From Eledone cirrhosa (lineage: Eukaryota), in the NCBI GenBank assembly GCA_964016885.1, contig OZ024741.1, positions 221,898,001 through 221,962,000 on the forward strand: DNA of 64,000 bases, in the 5' to 3' direction. Under the pieces are notes generated by a model. It was given only the letters and a program-made list of their open reading frames with translations. It searched no databases and was not told the DNA's origin. This document shows, in pieces, positions 13,770 through 27,356 of the stretch. The position numbers were made by a program, and so were the translations under genes. Positions within the stretch are counted from its first letter, which is position 1; each line of letters begins with the position of its first letter.

Positions 13770-13895
13770 GGGAAAGGTTAGACACAGGAGAATAGCAGCG
13801 GAATGGTCAATCACAGGAGACTGATAGGGAAAGGTTAGACACAGGAGAATAGCAGCGGAATGGTCAATCACAGGAGACTGATAGGGAAAGGTTAG
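13770..13895. repeat. 57-bp tandem duplication (about 2.2 copies)
   Basis: GGGAAAGGTTAGACACAGGAGAATAGCAGCGGAATGGTCAATCACAGGAGACTGATA occurs twice, followed by a partial copy. Confidence 0.9.
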
Positions 13896-14332
13896 AGACA
13901 AAAGAAAAGTAGAGACTGGTTAGACACAGGCATGCATAATAATTCAATCAAGAGACAACAGAACAAATGAAAGAAAAATAGTTGACTAACACAACTGTGT
14001 AATAAAAATGAACTTAATACGTTCATTAGTAAAATCCCAACAGAGGGCCTACTCTCTTTCAGTTGGTCTGTGAACCGCTCAAAGCTAGTAACTTGCAGGC
14101 CAGTCAAAACAGAGTAGAAACCTCGATTGGGATTTTGTTAATTACTATACCAACTCTGCATCTAAACATGCATTGAGTACTACCCTGATCTGTTGTCTTC
14201 CCAATCTCTGAACCATAAATACTTCATATATATCATCATTTAACATCTACTTTCCCTGCTAGCAAGAGCTGGAAGAGTCATCCCAAAACAAGTTAGTACT
14301 GAAGCAAAGCTACTAATTTCCCAGACAAGAAT

Positions 14333-14672
14333 GAGGCACATGGCTTAGTGGTTAGAGCATTGGCCTTGCAATCGAAAGGTTGTGAGTTCAATTCTCAGAC
14401 CGGGTGATGTGTTGTTTCCTTGAGCAAGACACTTTATTTCACATTGCTCCAGTTTACTCAGCTGTAGAAATGAGATGATAGGGACTGGGGTCTCTATCAT
14501 TCCACTGCAAAGTGGTCGTGGAGGTGCCACGGCAAAAAAAGCACCCAGCACTCACCGTAAACGAGGTTGGTGTTAGGAAGGGCATCCAGCCGTAGAAATC
14601 AAGCCAGAATCAGTTCCCGTCCCACCCTTGCAAGCAGGGAAAAGTGGACGTGAAATGAAAATGAAATGAAAC
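14333..14672 (+). mobile_element. SINE family 1, full length
   Basis: Same tRNA head, CORE-like body and RTE tail as 5333-5665. Confidence 0.9.
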
Positions 14673-14914
14673 GATGAAGCTAAAGGTCTGCATCTCGTTT
14701 ACATACAGTTCCACATTCTACCAAGTGCATTTTATCGTGGTACCAGCACAAAGTTGTCATATTTTTGACACAAGGGAAGGTCCTCCCAATCCTTTGTTTG
14801 GCAACCTTTCTATAACTGGATGCCCTTCCTATCACCAACCACATTACAGTGTGTACTGGAGGCTGTCATGTCCTTGACACAACTGAAGGGTCCTCTCAAT
14901 ATATATATATATAT

Positions 14915-15255
14915 ATTAAAATACAAATAATATGCTATCTATTGTATAGAAAAGGGCTCAACCAGTTGGGAGCAGTATATATTAAATTGTTAAACAAGAT
15001 TCAATGAGTACATCAAAGAATGAGTTTTACAGTAAATTGGAAGCACTCTACGGTTAATAATTTTCCAGAGTTATTAATATTAAAATACAAATAATATGTA
15101 ATCTATTGTATAGAAAAGTGCTCAACCAGTCGCATATTATTTGTATTTTAATATTAATAACTCTGGAAAATTATTTTCCGTAGAGTGCTTCCAATCTACT
15201 GTAAAACTCATTCTTTGATATACTCATTGAATCTTGTTTAACTCTTTAATATATA
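14915..15255. repeat. (TA)n-flanked fold-back with an internal direct repeat
   Basis: 14977-15098 is the near-perfect inverse of 15133-15255. 14915-14968 is directly repeated at about 15077-15130. Confidence 0.9.
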
Positions 15256-17153
15256 TATATATATATAAGCTAGAATTAGTTCCTGTATGAGCAAGACAAG
15301 GTCAGCTGACTGGACACTGCCCACAACGGGACAACCTGTCTAACCCATGTCAGCGTGGAAGAATGGACGTAAAACGGTGATGCTGATGATGATGAGGATA
15401 TATGCATATATTTATACGAGGGAGAGAATGAGAGTGCGAAAACAATTGAATACACACACACACACATACACGCAAGCATAGAAAAGCGGACATAAAAACA
15501 AAGATATATATATATAATCATCATTTAATGTCCATTTTACTGGTTAGTAACAGAGAAATGGAACACAACTGTATGTGTATGTGAGTGTATTATATATATA
15601 TATACAGAGAGAGAGAGAGAGAGACTCAGAAAGAAGGAGCATTGAATTGAATGTCTATTTTGGTAATGTTGAAAGAGAGTATGTTATCCAATCAGTATTG
15701 GAGGATATTTTCATGTTTGTACATGTATCACAGATCATCTGTTGAAATTGATTGTCAATAGAGACTGAGATGAAAGTAAGAAAGGACTGTACTGTGTCAA
15801 CTCCTGAGATCTACATCTTTTAAAGATATTTGGGGCTGGGGGGTATTTAGAAACAGAAAAGCTTCTATGACATGCTAAGAAATTCAAGGAAATATATAAA
15901 GAAACAATGAGATACAGTGGGGGGAGAGTGAGAGAGGAGTGTGAGTTATTAAGAAGCTTAAGACATATACAAATAAAGCCTGTATAGAAAGACAAGCCAA
16001 CGTAACAATGAGAATTGATACATAATAATGTAATCCTAACTTGGATGCCAATTATTGGTATTGATCCCACTGGAAATGTTCCTAATTATTTAACAACTTG
16101 TCTTTCCAACACAATTATCTAGTAAGAATGAACATAGTTTGATACCAAACAGCCAGAAACTGCCCATAATTCTATGATATAAAACTGTTTATTTTAAAGT
16201 GTATATTTTTCTTTGAGAAAAAAAAAAACCGACTAATCATATCTTCATTAAGTTATGTTCCTAACACCATCTTAATAATGAGAAAATCAGTTATATTACA
16301 AAATGTCTCCAAATTCATTATTTTCAAAATGATTAAAAAATAATAGGTAATGTCTTTCTTTAATGAAGAGCTTAAGAGGTGAGACAACTTGCATAGGCAT
16401 GTAATGTATACAGATAAAATGGCTGAATTGATGGGTTAGGGTTAGAGTACTCTTAACGTCCTTTACTACAGCAAACCACATTTACAAGGCTTTCTTGAAA
16501 AGTACAAAACAGCACTATGACTGCATCACACTAATATTGTAAATTTTCACAAAAATCTGTCCACTAAAAAGATTATATATATATAGTTGTGGGTACAAAC
16601 AAAAGAAAGAAAAGAATAATCAACAAAACAACACCTTATGTGGAAGTTGAGTATTTACAGTATATACATGAATACAAGCCGATTCGAATATTAGCCAACC
16701 CCCTATTTTATGTCTGAGAAATAGGCAAAAATCTAAACCCCAGGCAGTTAATCAAGACATGTTTAGATGGTGTAGTATTGAAATTTTCATGATCGGAGAA
16801 TATATTTATAAAGTTTTAATATTTTGATATTTAAAATGTTTTAAGTTGTTTAGAGTATAGTTTTTTTGTTTCACAACTCCATTACATAATGATTTTTTTT
16901 ACCAATTTCTGACTGATTTGAAAGCCATATTCATTCAAAACAAATTTCACCTCTAAAGTGAAATCAGTGTGATATAGAGTTTGAGGCCAAGCTGAATTAA
17001 CCAACCAATGGAAGCTCTTAATAGCATTATGCCAAATTCCATACTCCATCTTGTTTCACTTTTCTCAAAATGGACCTGATGATTTAGACATGCTTTCATC
17101 TTGAAACCGCTGGTAGTCACAGAGTTAAGTCAAACTGTTAATACATATATGTA

Positions 17154-17462
17154 CTAGCTGGCTCCGTGCCGTCAAAAATGATGGCTAATTGTAATATCTA
17201 TACATAATATTAAAAAAGAGTTGTTTGTTTGTTGGTTGGTAGTTGGTTCCTTTGCACTCACTCACACAAGTGATACAAACACAGCTGTAACGAATCTTAG
17301 AACACTGGACTTTTATAGTTTCTCAACCCCACCTCCTCAGTCATCACATAGATGTGTGTTATTAGACACCCCTTCCTTCCTCAGTCGACATAATCACCCC
17401 TTCTTTCCTCAGTCATCTCTAGTGTGTGACAGACAAATACACAAGGCTATTATATTAATAGA
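17154..17462 (-). mobile_element. Non-autonomous Helitron
   Basis: Minus strand begins A|TC and ends with hairpin GCCATCATTTTTGACGGC followed by CTAG|T. No TSD. Confidence 0.75.
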
Positions 17463-18295
17463 TTATATATAGCTACCATATCTTTTCAATGTTAGCTGCC
17501 AAACATTCAATCCAGACAGGATGATGCAAGACAATTAATTGTAGATCTTATAAAATCTCTGTGGCTAATCAATTTTTGAATATATATATATTTTTTTACT
17601 AAGTGTATAATGTAATTAATTACTTTGTTAATTCCATCTATAACAACTACCTCTGGTTCTATGAAACAAAACCACCCATTTTAAAGGGTTCTTATTTAAA
17701 TTTATATTTTCAAACTTAACAGGTTCTGATATGAAATGACATCTTAATAATTAAATAATTAATAATTTTTAGTAAATCATTCCAAATTCTCCATTAATTC
17801 ATTCAAAAAGTATATTTCATTAGAAATTTGGTGTTGAAAGGGCTTAACTACTAAACCATAAATTTCATTTTAAAATGTTTGAACATCTCTTATTCATTTT
17901 AAGATCCTGAGAATTGTTTTCTTTTTTAAAAGTAAACTGATATTTTCTTTATTCTTTTAATAGTTTCAGTCACTTGACTGGAGATATGCTGGGACACTGC
18001 CTTAAAAAAGAAAAAAAATACATCTCACACCTATGCAGGTTTAGCTGGTATCCTATGAGGTTGCATCTCATAAGAGGTTTCTATCATGACTATCATGAAA
18101 AGCAACACAAAATGAAGTGTTCTGCTCAAGAACACAACATGCCATCCGGTCCAGGAATCAAACACACAACCTTATGTTTGTGAGTCCAACACCCTAACCA
18201 CTAGGCCACACACCTTCACTTACTGCAATAATTACAGAGATGAACTAAAATTTATTTTAAAAAAACAAAACATTTTTGAAAATGAAAATATTTAC

Positions 18296-18396
18296 CTGGC
18301 GACTTTAACACATTTTGGTTCATGCTTTGCGAGCAATTCTTTTAGTTTGATCATAGTCCCTCCAGTATCTATAATATCTTCCACTACAAGAACACA
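18296..18396 (-). CDS. HPRT1: HPRT coding exon 5: CVLVVEDIIDTGGTMIKLKELLAKHEPKCVKVA(S)
   Basis: 101 bp, cag/gtaaa boundaries, PRPP-binding motif VLVVEDIIDTGGT. Length equals human exons 5 plus 6 (18+83 bp). Confidence 0.98.
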
Positions 18397-19646
18397 CTGC
18401 CAAATTAGTAGTAAACAATTTTAGTAACTGTTGACAACCATTATAATAGTAGAAATATATTCATGACAAATGTAGAAGAAATATAAACAATCAACTTAAT
18501 AACAACCAATACCAATCAATACAATAAAAGAAACGAAAATAAAGGAAGCAGATGAGGTTCCAGCTTAGGCCAAGCATAATGTGCAATACAGATTCTTTAC
18601 AAAAACAACTGAAAACATGACATTCCCTACAATTTAAACTGTTACATTTTCACCCATTATATATATACTAGCATTAAAGCTCGGCGTTGCTTGGGGTCAG
18701 TAAGTTACCAAAGTATGGTTGCACCACCCATTTTATGGCAGCACTTTTTTGTCTGCCAGGCACTGGGTGAATGAATTGCAGACCTGGACTGCCAAAGCAG
18801 AAGCTGCGCCAGCAGTGACAATTGTAGTTTCGCCTATGGATATTATCTATGTGCAAAGAAGTGTTGAAATTTATTGTTTCACAGTACTTGCGCCACACGC
18901 GCGTAGACGATGCCAGCCGAACAACAGAGCTGCGATGGAGTTGTTCTGCATGGTTGTCTAATGTGTGTTTTCTAAATTTAAGACAGTAGGGAGGGGTGTG
19001 ATATGGGGGAGAGTTAGCTGCTGTTTCTAGCAGGTTTAGTGACCTCATAGAGGATATTATTGTGTATAGTAAATAAACTGATACTTCTTTCTTCCACGTT
19101 CGTTGAGAGATGTTTTAAAAAAGATTTATCGCTATTCTTTTTGTTGTTGAATAAATTTATCTGTTGCTTTTGAATAATTGTTGTTTGGTATGAAATGTAA
19201 TAAGTTCTCTTTGTTGTCATTGAAGTAAATAAATGTTTGACCATTCCACACTCAAAACAACAATTCTTCATTTCTCTCCAGCCGTCGCATATCCTCTGCA
19301 GTTGCTGCCCATGTCTCACTACCATGCAGCATCGCACATCTCACACTATATATATATAGTGCCAGTTGGTGAGTAATACTAATTAGTGCAGATGGTACCT
19401 GTTTCAACACTCAATGCTTATATGTGAATTGGATGTACATATTCTGATTCTAATCTCCATTGCATCTGACAAGCATATCAATCCTAGAGCTGAGCTAATT
19501 GTAATCGATTAAAGTTCCAAGCCGGCCATTTGTAGGAGCTCAGCCGTCAAGGTCCCGGCTTTTTCATATATATATATATATATAGCGGCGATGAATTAGT
19601 TTAGCGAGGTTTTTTATATGAAATCGTGTGTCGAAACAAATATTGT

Positions 19647-19764
19647 TATACTTGGGGAGGGTCATATTTTTGTAATATTGCCAGAATTAATAGCAGAACA
19701 ATAGTGAGTGTGTTCTGCTATTAATTCTGGCAATATTACAAAAATATGACCCTCCCCAAGTATA
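19647..19764. repeat. Perfect hairpin, 54-bp arms with a 10-nt loop
   Basis: 19647-19700 is the exact reverse complement of 19711-19764. The right arm runs into (TA)n. Confidence 0.95.
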
Positions 19765-21505
19765 TATATATATATAAGTTTAAATGATAAAAAGCAGGAT
19801 ATAGCAATTGAGAAACAACTAGTATTTTGTACTTATATACAAAAAAATTCTGTAAATAAATATATGTACTTCAAGATGATATAATGCCCAGTTTCCCAAT
19901 TGATATATCCTGTTATATATCATTTAAACGAATATGATTGATGCTCTGTTTATGTATTATAAACACACATACAAACTTGTATATAAGCTGATAAATATGT
20001 AATAAAAATATGTTTTTACCTCAACTTCTGTATATTTATACCCCATAGACAACTTACTACAACATGATTCATATCAATATGAATTAGTACTATTGTGGTT
20101 TACACTCAGATTATTTCCTGATACGAATAACTACCACCTTTGAATCAACTCTTTGAACAAAGAAAAGAAAATACATATATATTCTGTGCCATGATAAAAA
20201 GCACCCAGTACATTCTGTCAAGTCGTTAGTGTTAGGAAAGATACCCACTTACAGAAACCATGCCAAATACTGTGTTGAAGTTTACTACAGCAACAAACTG
20301 TGTCTCTGGCATGTCCAAATGGTGTTCCATTTGGATTATTTTAGATTGATTAAGTGACCACTGTGTAACCTATATGTTATATGACTTTTAATGGTAAAAT
20401 TCTTTGACCCAATAACTTGTGATGTAGTCATAGGGTAAGTGTCATGAAAAACGACATCCCCTGGACATTTAAAACCTGGTGGAGCCTGTCCCTCTCTAAG
20501 TCTGGACACAGTCGATTTCTTCAAGAGGGAAAACCAAACAAAACGAAGAAATGACACCAGCATTGGACTGGTATTTTATTTAATGACCCCAAAAAGTTGA
20601 AAGACAAAGTTGACCTTGGTGGGATTTGAGCTCAGAAAGCGAGTATGAATATGGTAAAGCATTCTATTCGATGTTCTAACAACTCTGCCAACTTTGATTT
20701 ACAGTCATGTTATACCCATCTGTGTTCCAAGAATTAGACATTGCTAAATATTATAAGCAAATTTCACAGAATAAAAGCAATACACAGAAATCAAGTCACT
20801 AAGTAAACAAAGGAAGCATGTTTCAAGTAATTACATCAATTGTATGTATGTATTGACATGCAACGATGGAATTGTAAAGATGCCATAGTGATATATGGTG
20901 AATTACACCAATTACAGTATGGTAAAATATGTCTGGTAGAATTAATCATTGCCACTTAGCTGATTCAATAGGTATCATTATCAATTTCCTTTCACTTACA
21001 TGTATTAGGCTTGTAGAAATGCATAATTATCACAGCATTGATGTTACTAAGCAAATAAGTGGTGATCATGGCAAGAAATTAAAATGTGAATGTCAGCAAG
21101 CTTGTAGCAAATAAGCAATGGTAATTACAACAAAAATAAAATAGCCAATTCTTTGCTAATGATTTTAATTTGTTTTAGAGCTTCGTTCATTACCACATTA
21201 ATTGATATATATATGTATTTAGGGATAATTTGCTACTACATTAATCAAAATATATATCTATTTAGTGACAGTGTGTTACCATGTTAATTAAAAAAGTGGA
21301 CATGAAATACCTGAAAACCTAGGGGCCCAGCTATGGACTAATATATGAGAACATTTTGAGTATAAAATATTTTGGTTTAATATAAATAATGGAATACTCA
21401 TGTTGAGATACTATAAAATAGGGTGAAAACCCTTAAAAAGACAGAAAAAGGAGTTCCTCATAGTGGCCGATGACAACTTCGTTTTTTCCATCTTTAACCT
21501 CTTTG

Positions 21506-23938
21506 GTGCCGTAGACGAGATAACTTGCCCTAACATGTATGTATTCCAGTGCCACTGACGAGATAACTTGCCCTAACATGTATGTATTCCAGTGCCGTAG
21601 ACGAGATAACTTGCCCTAACATGTATGTATTCCAGTGCCACTGGTGAGATAACTTGCCCTAACATGTATGTATTCCAGTGCCACTGGTGAGATAACTTGC
21701 CCTAACATGTATTCCAGTGCCACTGACGAGATAACTCGCCCTAACATGTATGTATTCCAGTGCCACTGGTGAGATAACTTGCCCTAACATGTATATATTC
21801 CAGTGCCACTGACGAGATAACTTGCCCTAACATGTATGTATTCCAGTGCCACTGACGAGATAACTTGCCCTAACATGTATGTATTCCAGTGCCACTGACG
21901 AGATAACTCGCCCTAACATGTATGTATTCCAGTGCCACTGACGAGATAACTCGCCCTAACATGTATGTATTCCAGTGCCACTGACGAGATAACTTGCCCT
22001 AACATGTATGTATTCCAGTGCCACTGACGAGATAACTCGCCCTAACATGTATGTATTCCAGTGCCACTGACGAGATAACTTGCCCTAACATGTATGTATT
22101 CCAGTGCCACTGGTGAGATAACTTGCCCTAACATGTATGTATTCCAGTGCCACTGGTGAGATAACTTACCCTAACATGTATGTATTCCAGTGCCACTGGT
22201 GAGATAACTTGCCCTAACATGTATGTATTCCAGTGCCACTGACGAGATAACTTGCCCTAACATGTATGTATTCCAGTGCCACTGGTGAGATAACTTGCCC
22301 TAACATGTATGTATTCCAGTGCCACTGACGAGATAACTTGCCCTAACATGTATGTATTCCAGTGCCACTGGTGAGATAACTTGCCCTAACATGTATGTAT
22401 TCCAGTGCCACTGACGAGATAACTTGCCCTAACATGTATGTATTCCAGTGCCACTGGTGAGATAACTTACCCTAACATGTATGTATTCCAGTGCCACTGA
22501 CGAGATAACTTGCCCTAACATGTATGTATTCCAGTGCCACTGGTGAGATAACTTGCCCTAACATGTATGTATTCCAGTGCCACTGGTGAGATAACTTACC
22601 CTAACATGTATGTATTCCAGTGCCACTGGTGAGATAACTTGCCCTAACATGTATGTATTCCAGTGCCACTGACGAGATAACTTGCCCTAACATGTATGTA
22701 TTCCAGTGCCACTGACGAGATAACTTGCCCTAACATGTATGTATTCCAGTGCCACTGACGAGATAACTTGCCCTAACATGTATGTATTCCAGTGCCACTG
22801 ACGAGATAACTTGCCCTAACATGTATGTATTCCAGTGCCACTGGTGAGATAACTTGCCCTAACATGTTTGTATTCCAGTGCCACTGGTGAGATAACTTGC
22901 CCTAACATGTATGTATTCCAGTGCCACTGACGAGATAACTTGCCCTAACATGTATGTATTCCAGTGCCACTGACGAGATAACTTGCCCTAACATGTATGT
23001 ATTCCAGTGCCACTGACGAGATAACTTGCCCTAACATGTATGTATTCCAGTGCCACTGACGAGATAACTTGCCCTAACATGTATGTATTCCAGTGCCACT
23101 GGTGAGATAACTTGCCCTAACATGTATGTATTCCAGTGCCACTGGTGAGATAACTTGCCCTAACATGTATGTATTCCAGTGCCACTGACGAGATAACTTG
23201 CCCTAACATGTATGTATTCCAGTGCCACTGACGAGATAACTTGCCCTAACATGTATGTATTCCAGTGCCACTGGTGAGATAACTTGCCCTAACATGTATG
23301 TATTCCAGTGCCACTGACGAGATAACTTGCCCTAACATGTATGTATTCCAGTGCCACTGGTGAGATAACTTGCCCTAACATGTATGTATTCCAGTGCCAC
23401 TGGCGAGATAACTTGCCCTAACATGTATGTATTCCAGTGCCACTGGTGAGATAACTTGCCCTAACATGTATTCCAGTGCCACTGATGAGATAACTTACCC
23501 TAACATGTATGTATTCCAGTGCCACTGGTGAGATAACTTGCCCTAACATGTATGTATTCCAGTGCCACTGACGAGATAACTTGCCCTAACATGTATGTAT
23601 TCCAGTGCCACTGACGAGATAACTTACCCTAACATGTATGTATTCCAGTGCCACTGGTGAGATAACTTGCCCTAACATGTATGTATTCCAGTGCCACTGA
23701 CGAGATAACTTGCCCTAACATGTATGTATTCCAGTGCCACTGACGAGATAACTTGCCCCAACATGTATGTATTCCAGTGCCACTGACGAGATAACTTGCC
23801 CTAACATGTATGTATTCCAGTGCCACTGACGAGATAACTTGCCCTAACATGTATGTATTCCAGTGCCACTGACGAGATAACTTGCCCCAACATGTATGTA
23901 TTCCAGTGCCACTGGCGAGATAACTCGTCCTAACATGT
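21506..23938. repeat. 43-bp tandem array, about 57 copies
   Basis: Unit GTGCCACTG(AC/GT)GAGATAACTTGCCCTAACATGTATGTATTCCA. Two units lack 4 bp. There are no spacers. Confidence 0.98.
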
Positions 23939-24301
23939 TTCAACTCTTTTCCAACAGTCATAACTTCAAAGTTATGAACAATTTCCAACAATTCATAACT
24001 TCAAAGCTAGATGGGGTTACTAGTTTATTGATGTGACGTTTGCCAATCATTCGGATATGTGTTGTTAATAAATGTTTGTTTTAAAATAAATAGTCATTTT
24101 ACTAGAAAAAAAACCTGGCACAGCAACTAAGTGTAGAATATATGCGGCAATCAACAGGTCTTCACCTTATTTTATAGTATCACACACGAGCACTCAATTC
24201 TTTATATTAACTGCTCAGCACTTCATAAAAGTCTGAGATCGGCTTCATATATATTTTGGTTCATGGTATCAACATATAAAACCTGTTTCATTTAAGTTTA
24301 A

Positions 24302-25362
24302 CCGTTTAGTGCTCAAACTGGCCGCAATTATTTCCCCTTCAATCTGGCCGAAAACGGCCAATAACACCCACACTAAAATATCGTTCTAAAAATAAACTAT
24401 ACCTTCATCAAAATCTCGTCAATTCAAGATTAGGTCCTTACCGCGAAAATTAACACTTAATATAGTGAAACTACTTGAAACAACACGTTTTTTTAACATT
24501 GAAAGTAGAACATATTTTTTGTGTGGCTTATGAAAGTAGCGATACCGACTTTGAAGGTTTTACACACGATGACATTCAAAATGAACAAGAAACAAAAAAT
24601 AATATCAATAATTTATCCTCAAATGAATCAGATGTTTACATTTCTGAAATTTCATCTGACGATGATTGTTGTTTTGAAAATGAAAGCGAAGGAGATCTCC
24701 AGGACGCCATTCAAAATATTACAGCAACGTGGTTGAAAAATACCACACCAATATATGTTCCCGATTTTATTCGAAATACTGGTCCACAACACACATTAGC
24801 TCCCGATGTTAAAGCACTGGATTATTTCTATTTGTTTTTACCACAAACTTTCTTCGAAGTTGTGGCAGAAGAGATTAAACGATATGCCCAACAGCAGATT
24901 TCAAATCGAGGAAAACACGATCTGTTTGGCGACCGACAGATGCTGCCATAATGCAAGCATTTTTTACCGTAAATATTATGTTTGGTATAAAACAATTTCC
25001 AAGACTGTGGAATTACTGGAGCACTGATATAAGGTTTAGTGATCCTTATATATCAAGTATTATGCCGAAAACAAGGTATTTAAAATTAAACCATTATTTG
25101 CACCTGGTTGATACTTCAAACGCCCCCTACTAATTAATTTCACCTGCCCATAAAAATCAAATTTAACAAAAAAAAAATCAGGTAAAAATATATAATTGTA
25201 AATTATTGATATTTAAACATCTGACAAAATTTCAAGCCTGCACATAGAAAATGAAGAAAATTACAAACAAATAAAATTGATAACTCTCTTGAGTACGATT
25301 AACTGAACATAATGTGAATAGATAAACTTGACATTTGAAAAATTAATGTGAATGCTAACGGG
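24302..25362 (+). mobile_element. Internally deleted piggyBac carrying a transposase N-terminus (PGBD4-like)
   Basis: TTAA at 24298-24301 and 25363-25366. Ends are CCGTTTAGTGCTCA and (reverse complement) CCCGTTAGCATTCA. The frames give an acidic N-terminus (ESSDTDFEGF), LDYFYLFL..VAEEIKRYAQQ and NYWSTD..IMPKTRY..LHLVD, then stop before the catalytic DDD. Confidence 0.85.
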
Positions 25363-25915
25363 TTAAACTTCAAATAAAGTTCAAAGAAGAATTATTGCTA
25401 TTTGTACAAATTTTGTTTACCTTGATAGAAATGGGGCTTTTCTTAAAACACCCAAGAAACCTCTTATGAGGTACAACCTCACAGGAGGCCAGCTAGACTG
25501 ACATAGGTAAGAGTTATAACAACATAAAACTGGGACTCCTATCATTAGAACACCCACCTCAAAGGAAACCAGCTAAACCTACATAGGTGGAAGCTGTGAA
25601 TTTCAAACCCTTGATATATGTTAATCTCTTCTTATTTCATAGTATTGATGATTTTACAGCTATCATCTCTTTTCATTTGTCAAGTTTTTTTGTTTTTTTC
25701 TTAAATCCATATTCATTTCTTAAAGTTGTGGAAGTCATGGATAAACTTTATAATTGTAGCAGCTGAAAGAGATGACATCCTACAAAACTAAGTGGAATCA
25801 GCAAAAATAAATAAAATATTTTAATTTCTAAATTACTTTCTTAAAAAATAAATAAATAAAAATATAAAATTAAAAAATAAAATAAATTTTTTTTAAAATT
25901 AAATTCTTCACTTAC

Positions 25916-25981
25916 TTTGCCTTTTAAATTTTCCAATCGATCACCACCAATAACTTGAATTGAACCTTGAGATTTGTCATT
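25916..25981 (-). CDS. HPRT1: HPRT coding exon 4: NDKSQGSIQVIGGDRLENLKGK
   Basis: 66 bp, cag/gtaag boundaries, phase 0/0. Human equivalent is [22 protein letters not shown]. Confidence 0.97.
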
Positions 25982-27009
25982 CTGAAAAAGATTTGTGAAA
26001 AATAAATATATTTCTTAAGATATAAACTATTATAAACAGAGCAATTCATCATTATTGTCATTGCCCTCATCATCGTTGTTATCATCATCATCACCACTAC
26101 CACTATCATCAGTTTTACATCTGTTTTTTCATGCTGGCTTGAGTTGAACAAGACTTTTTAAAAGATAGAAATCCACAGCTCAAGGCCCTTCATGACACCA
26201 ACCATCCATTATGATGGTTTTCACATCTCATTTCTTAATAGCAGAACAGATTTGGCATCAGGTGGCTATGTGCTATGTGGATAATATCTGCATATGACAG
26301 GTTTAACCCTTTAGAATTTAAACCAGCTATATTTGGCCATAATTCTCTCACCTCTTTCTGTTCAAACCGGCCGTAACTGCCCACTCATACTGATGTTAAA
26401 GTATTGTTCTCAAAATAAATAATATCAAAATTTCATAGAATCGATATTATGTAAGATAAAGCCTTTATCATAAAAATACAATAGTGTATATATATATATA
26501 GAGTAAGGTAAATGCTAAAGGCTTGAGAAGAGTGATGGGGGTATTACTTACAAAATGGTTTGCAATATTAGAATTAAGGATATTTGGGTGGTTAATGTAC
26601 CAGAGGACAAGGAGTTACACCACTAATATACAGGAGGATGAGCAGATAGGCTGCTAATGTACAGGAGGAAGAATGTAGGAGTCATAATCTAACATGGAGC
26701 CACACCAAAGTTGATAAAAGGGGGGAAGGGGGTAAAAAAGAACCATATCAGCACATGGTGCCATTCTTTTATTTTTTTACTGGTTTCAGTCATTAGTTTG
26801 CGACCATGCTGGAGTATTGCTTTGATTTAATTGATCATAGTATCATTTCAAGTCTAGAACTTATTTTATTGAACTTTTGTTGAACTCCTAAGTTATGGGA
26901 CATAAATGCTCACACCAATGTAAACAAGTGTATATATACATATATACACATATACATGTGTGTATGTGCATACACACATACATATATACACACATGTCGC
27001 TCATGCACA

Positions 27010-27190
27010 CTGGATTGGCAGTACCGGTAGAGGGTCAGATGCCATGCTTTGATGCACAGAGTTACGGCCCTTGCCATTCTGTGTTCAAATCCTGCCGAGG
27101 TTAATTTTGCCTTTCATCCTTACAGGGTCGATAAAATAAAGTACCAGTAATGCACTGGGTAATTGCTGGCCTTGTGCCAAAAGTAATTAC
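27010..27190 (+). mobile_element. SINE family 2 copy
   Basis: TGGCAGTACCGG, GTTCAAATCC, then GCCTTTCATCCTTACAGGGTCGATAAAATAAAGTACCAG. Confidence 0.85.
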
Positions 27191-27356
27191 ACATTTATCA
27201 GAGCATACTCGTTTCTTTCTAGCCTCCGCAGTCAAGACACGTTTCACAGCCATGTAGCACTGCAGTTTGCACACATGCATCACATAGACTACCCTTTACT
27301 CTGAGAGAAAAGCATTTTGCTGCCCGTAGTAATAGATCTCAAAACATCTAGGATAA

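Noticed and set aside
14333-14405. tRNA gene
   Set aside because: A- and B-box-like motifs are present, but there is no complete cloverleaf and the sequence continues into a multi-copy SINE body.
20800-21130. Unique TAAT-rich intronic block as a conserved enhancer
   Set aside because: Such motifs are expected by chance in AT-rich DNA, and the claim needs cross-species alignment.
21506-23938. CRISPR-like array, or hammerhead array (units contain CTGACGAG)
   Set aside because: Units are contiguous with no unique spacers and no cas genes, in a eukaryotic intron. No GAAA half-core is present in the unit.
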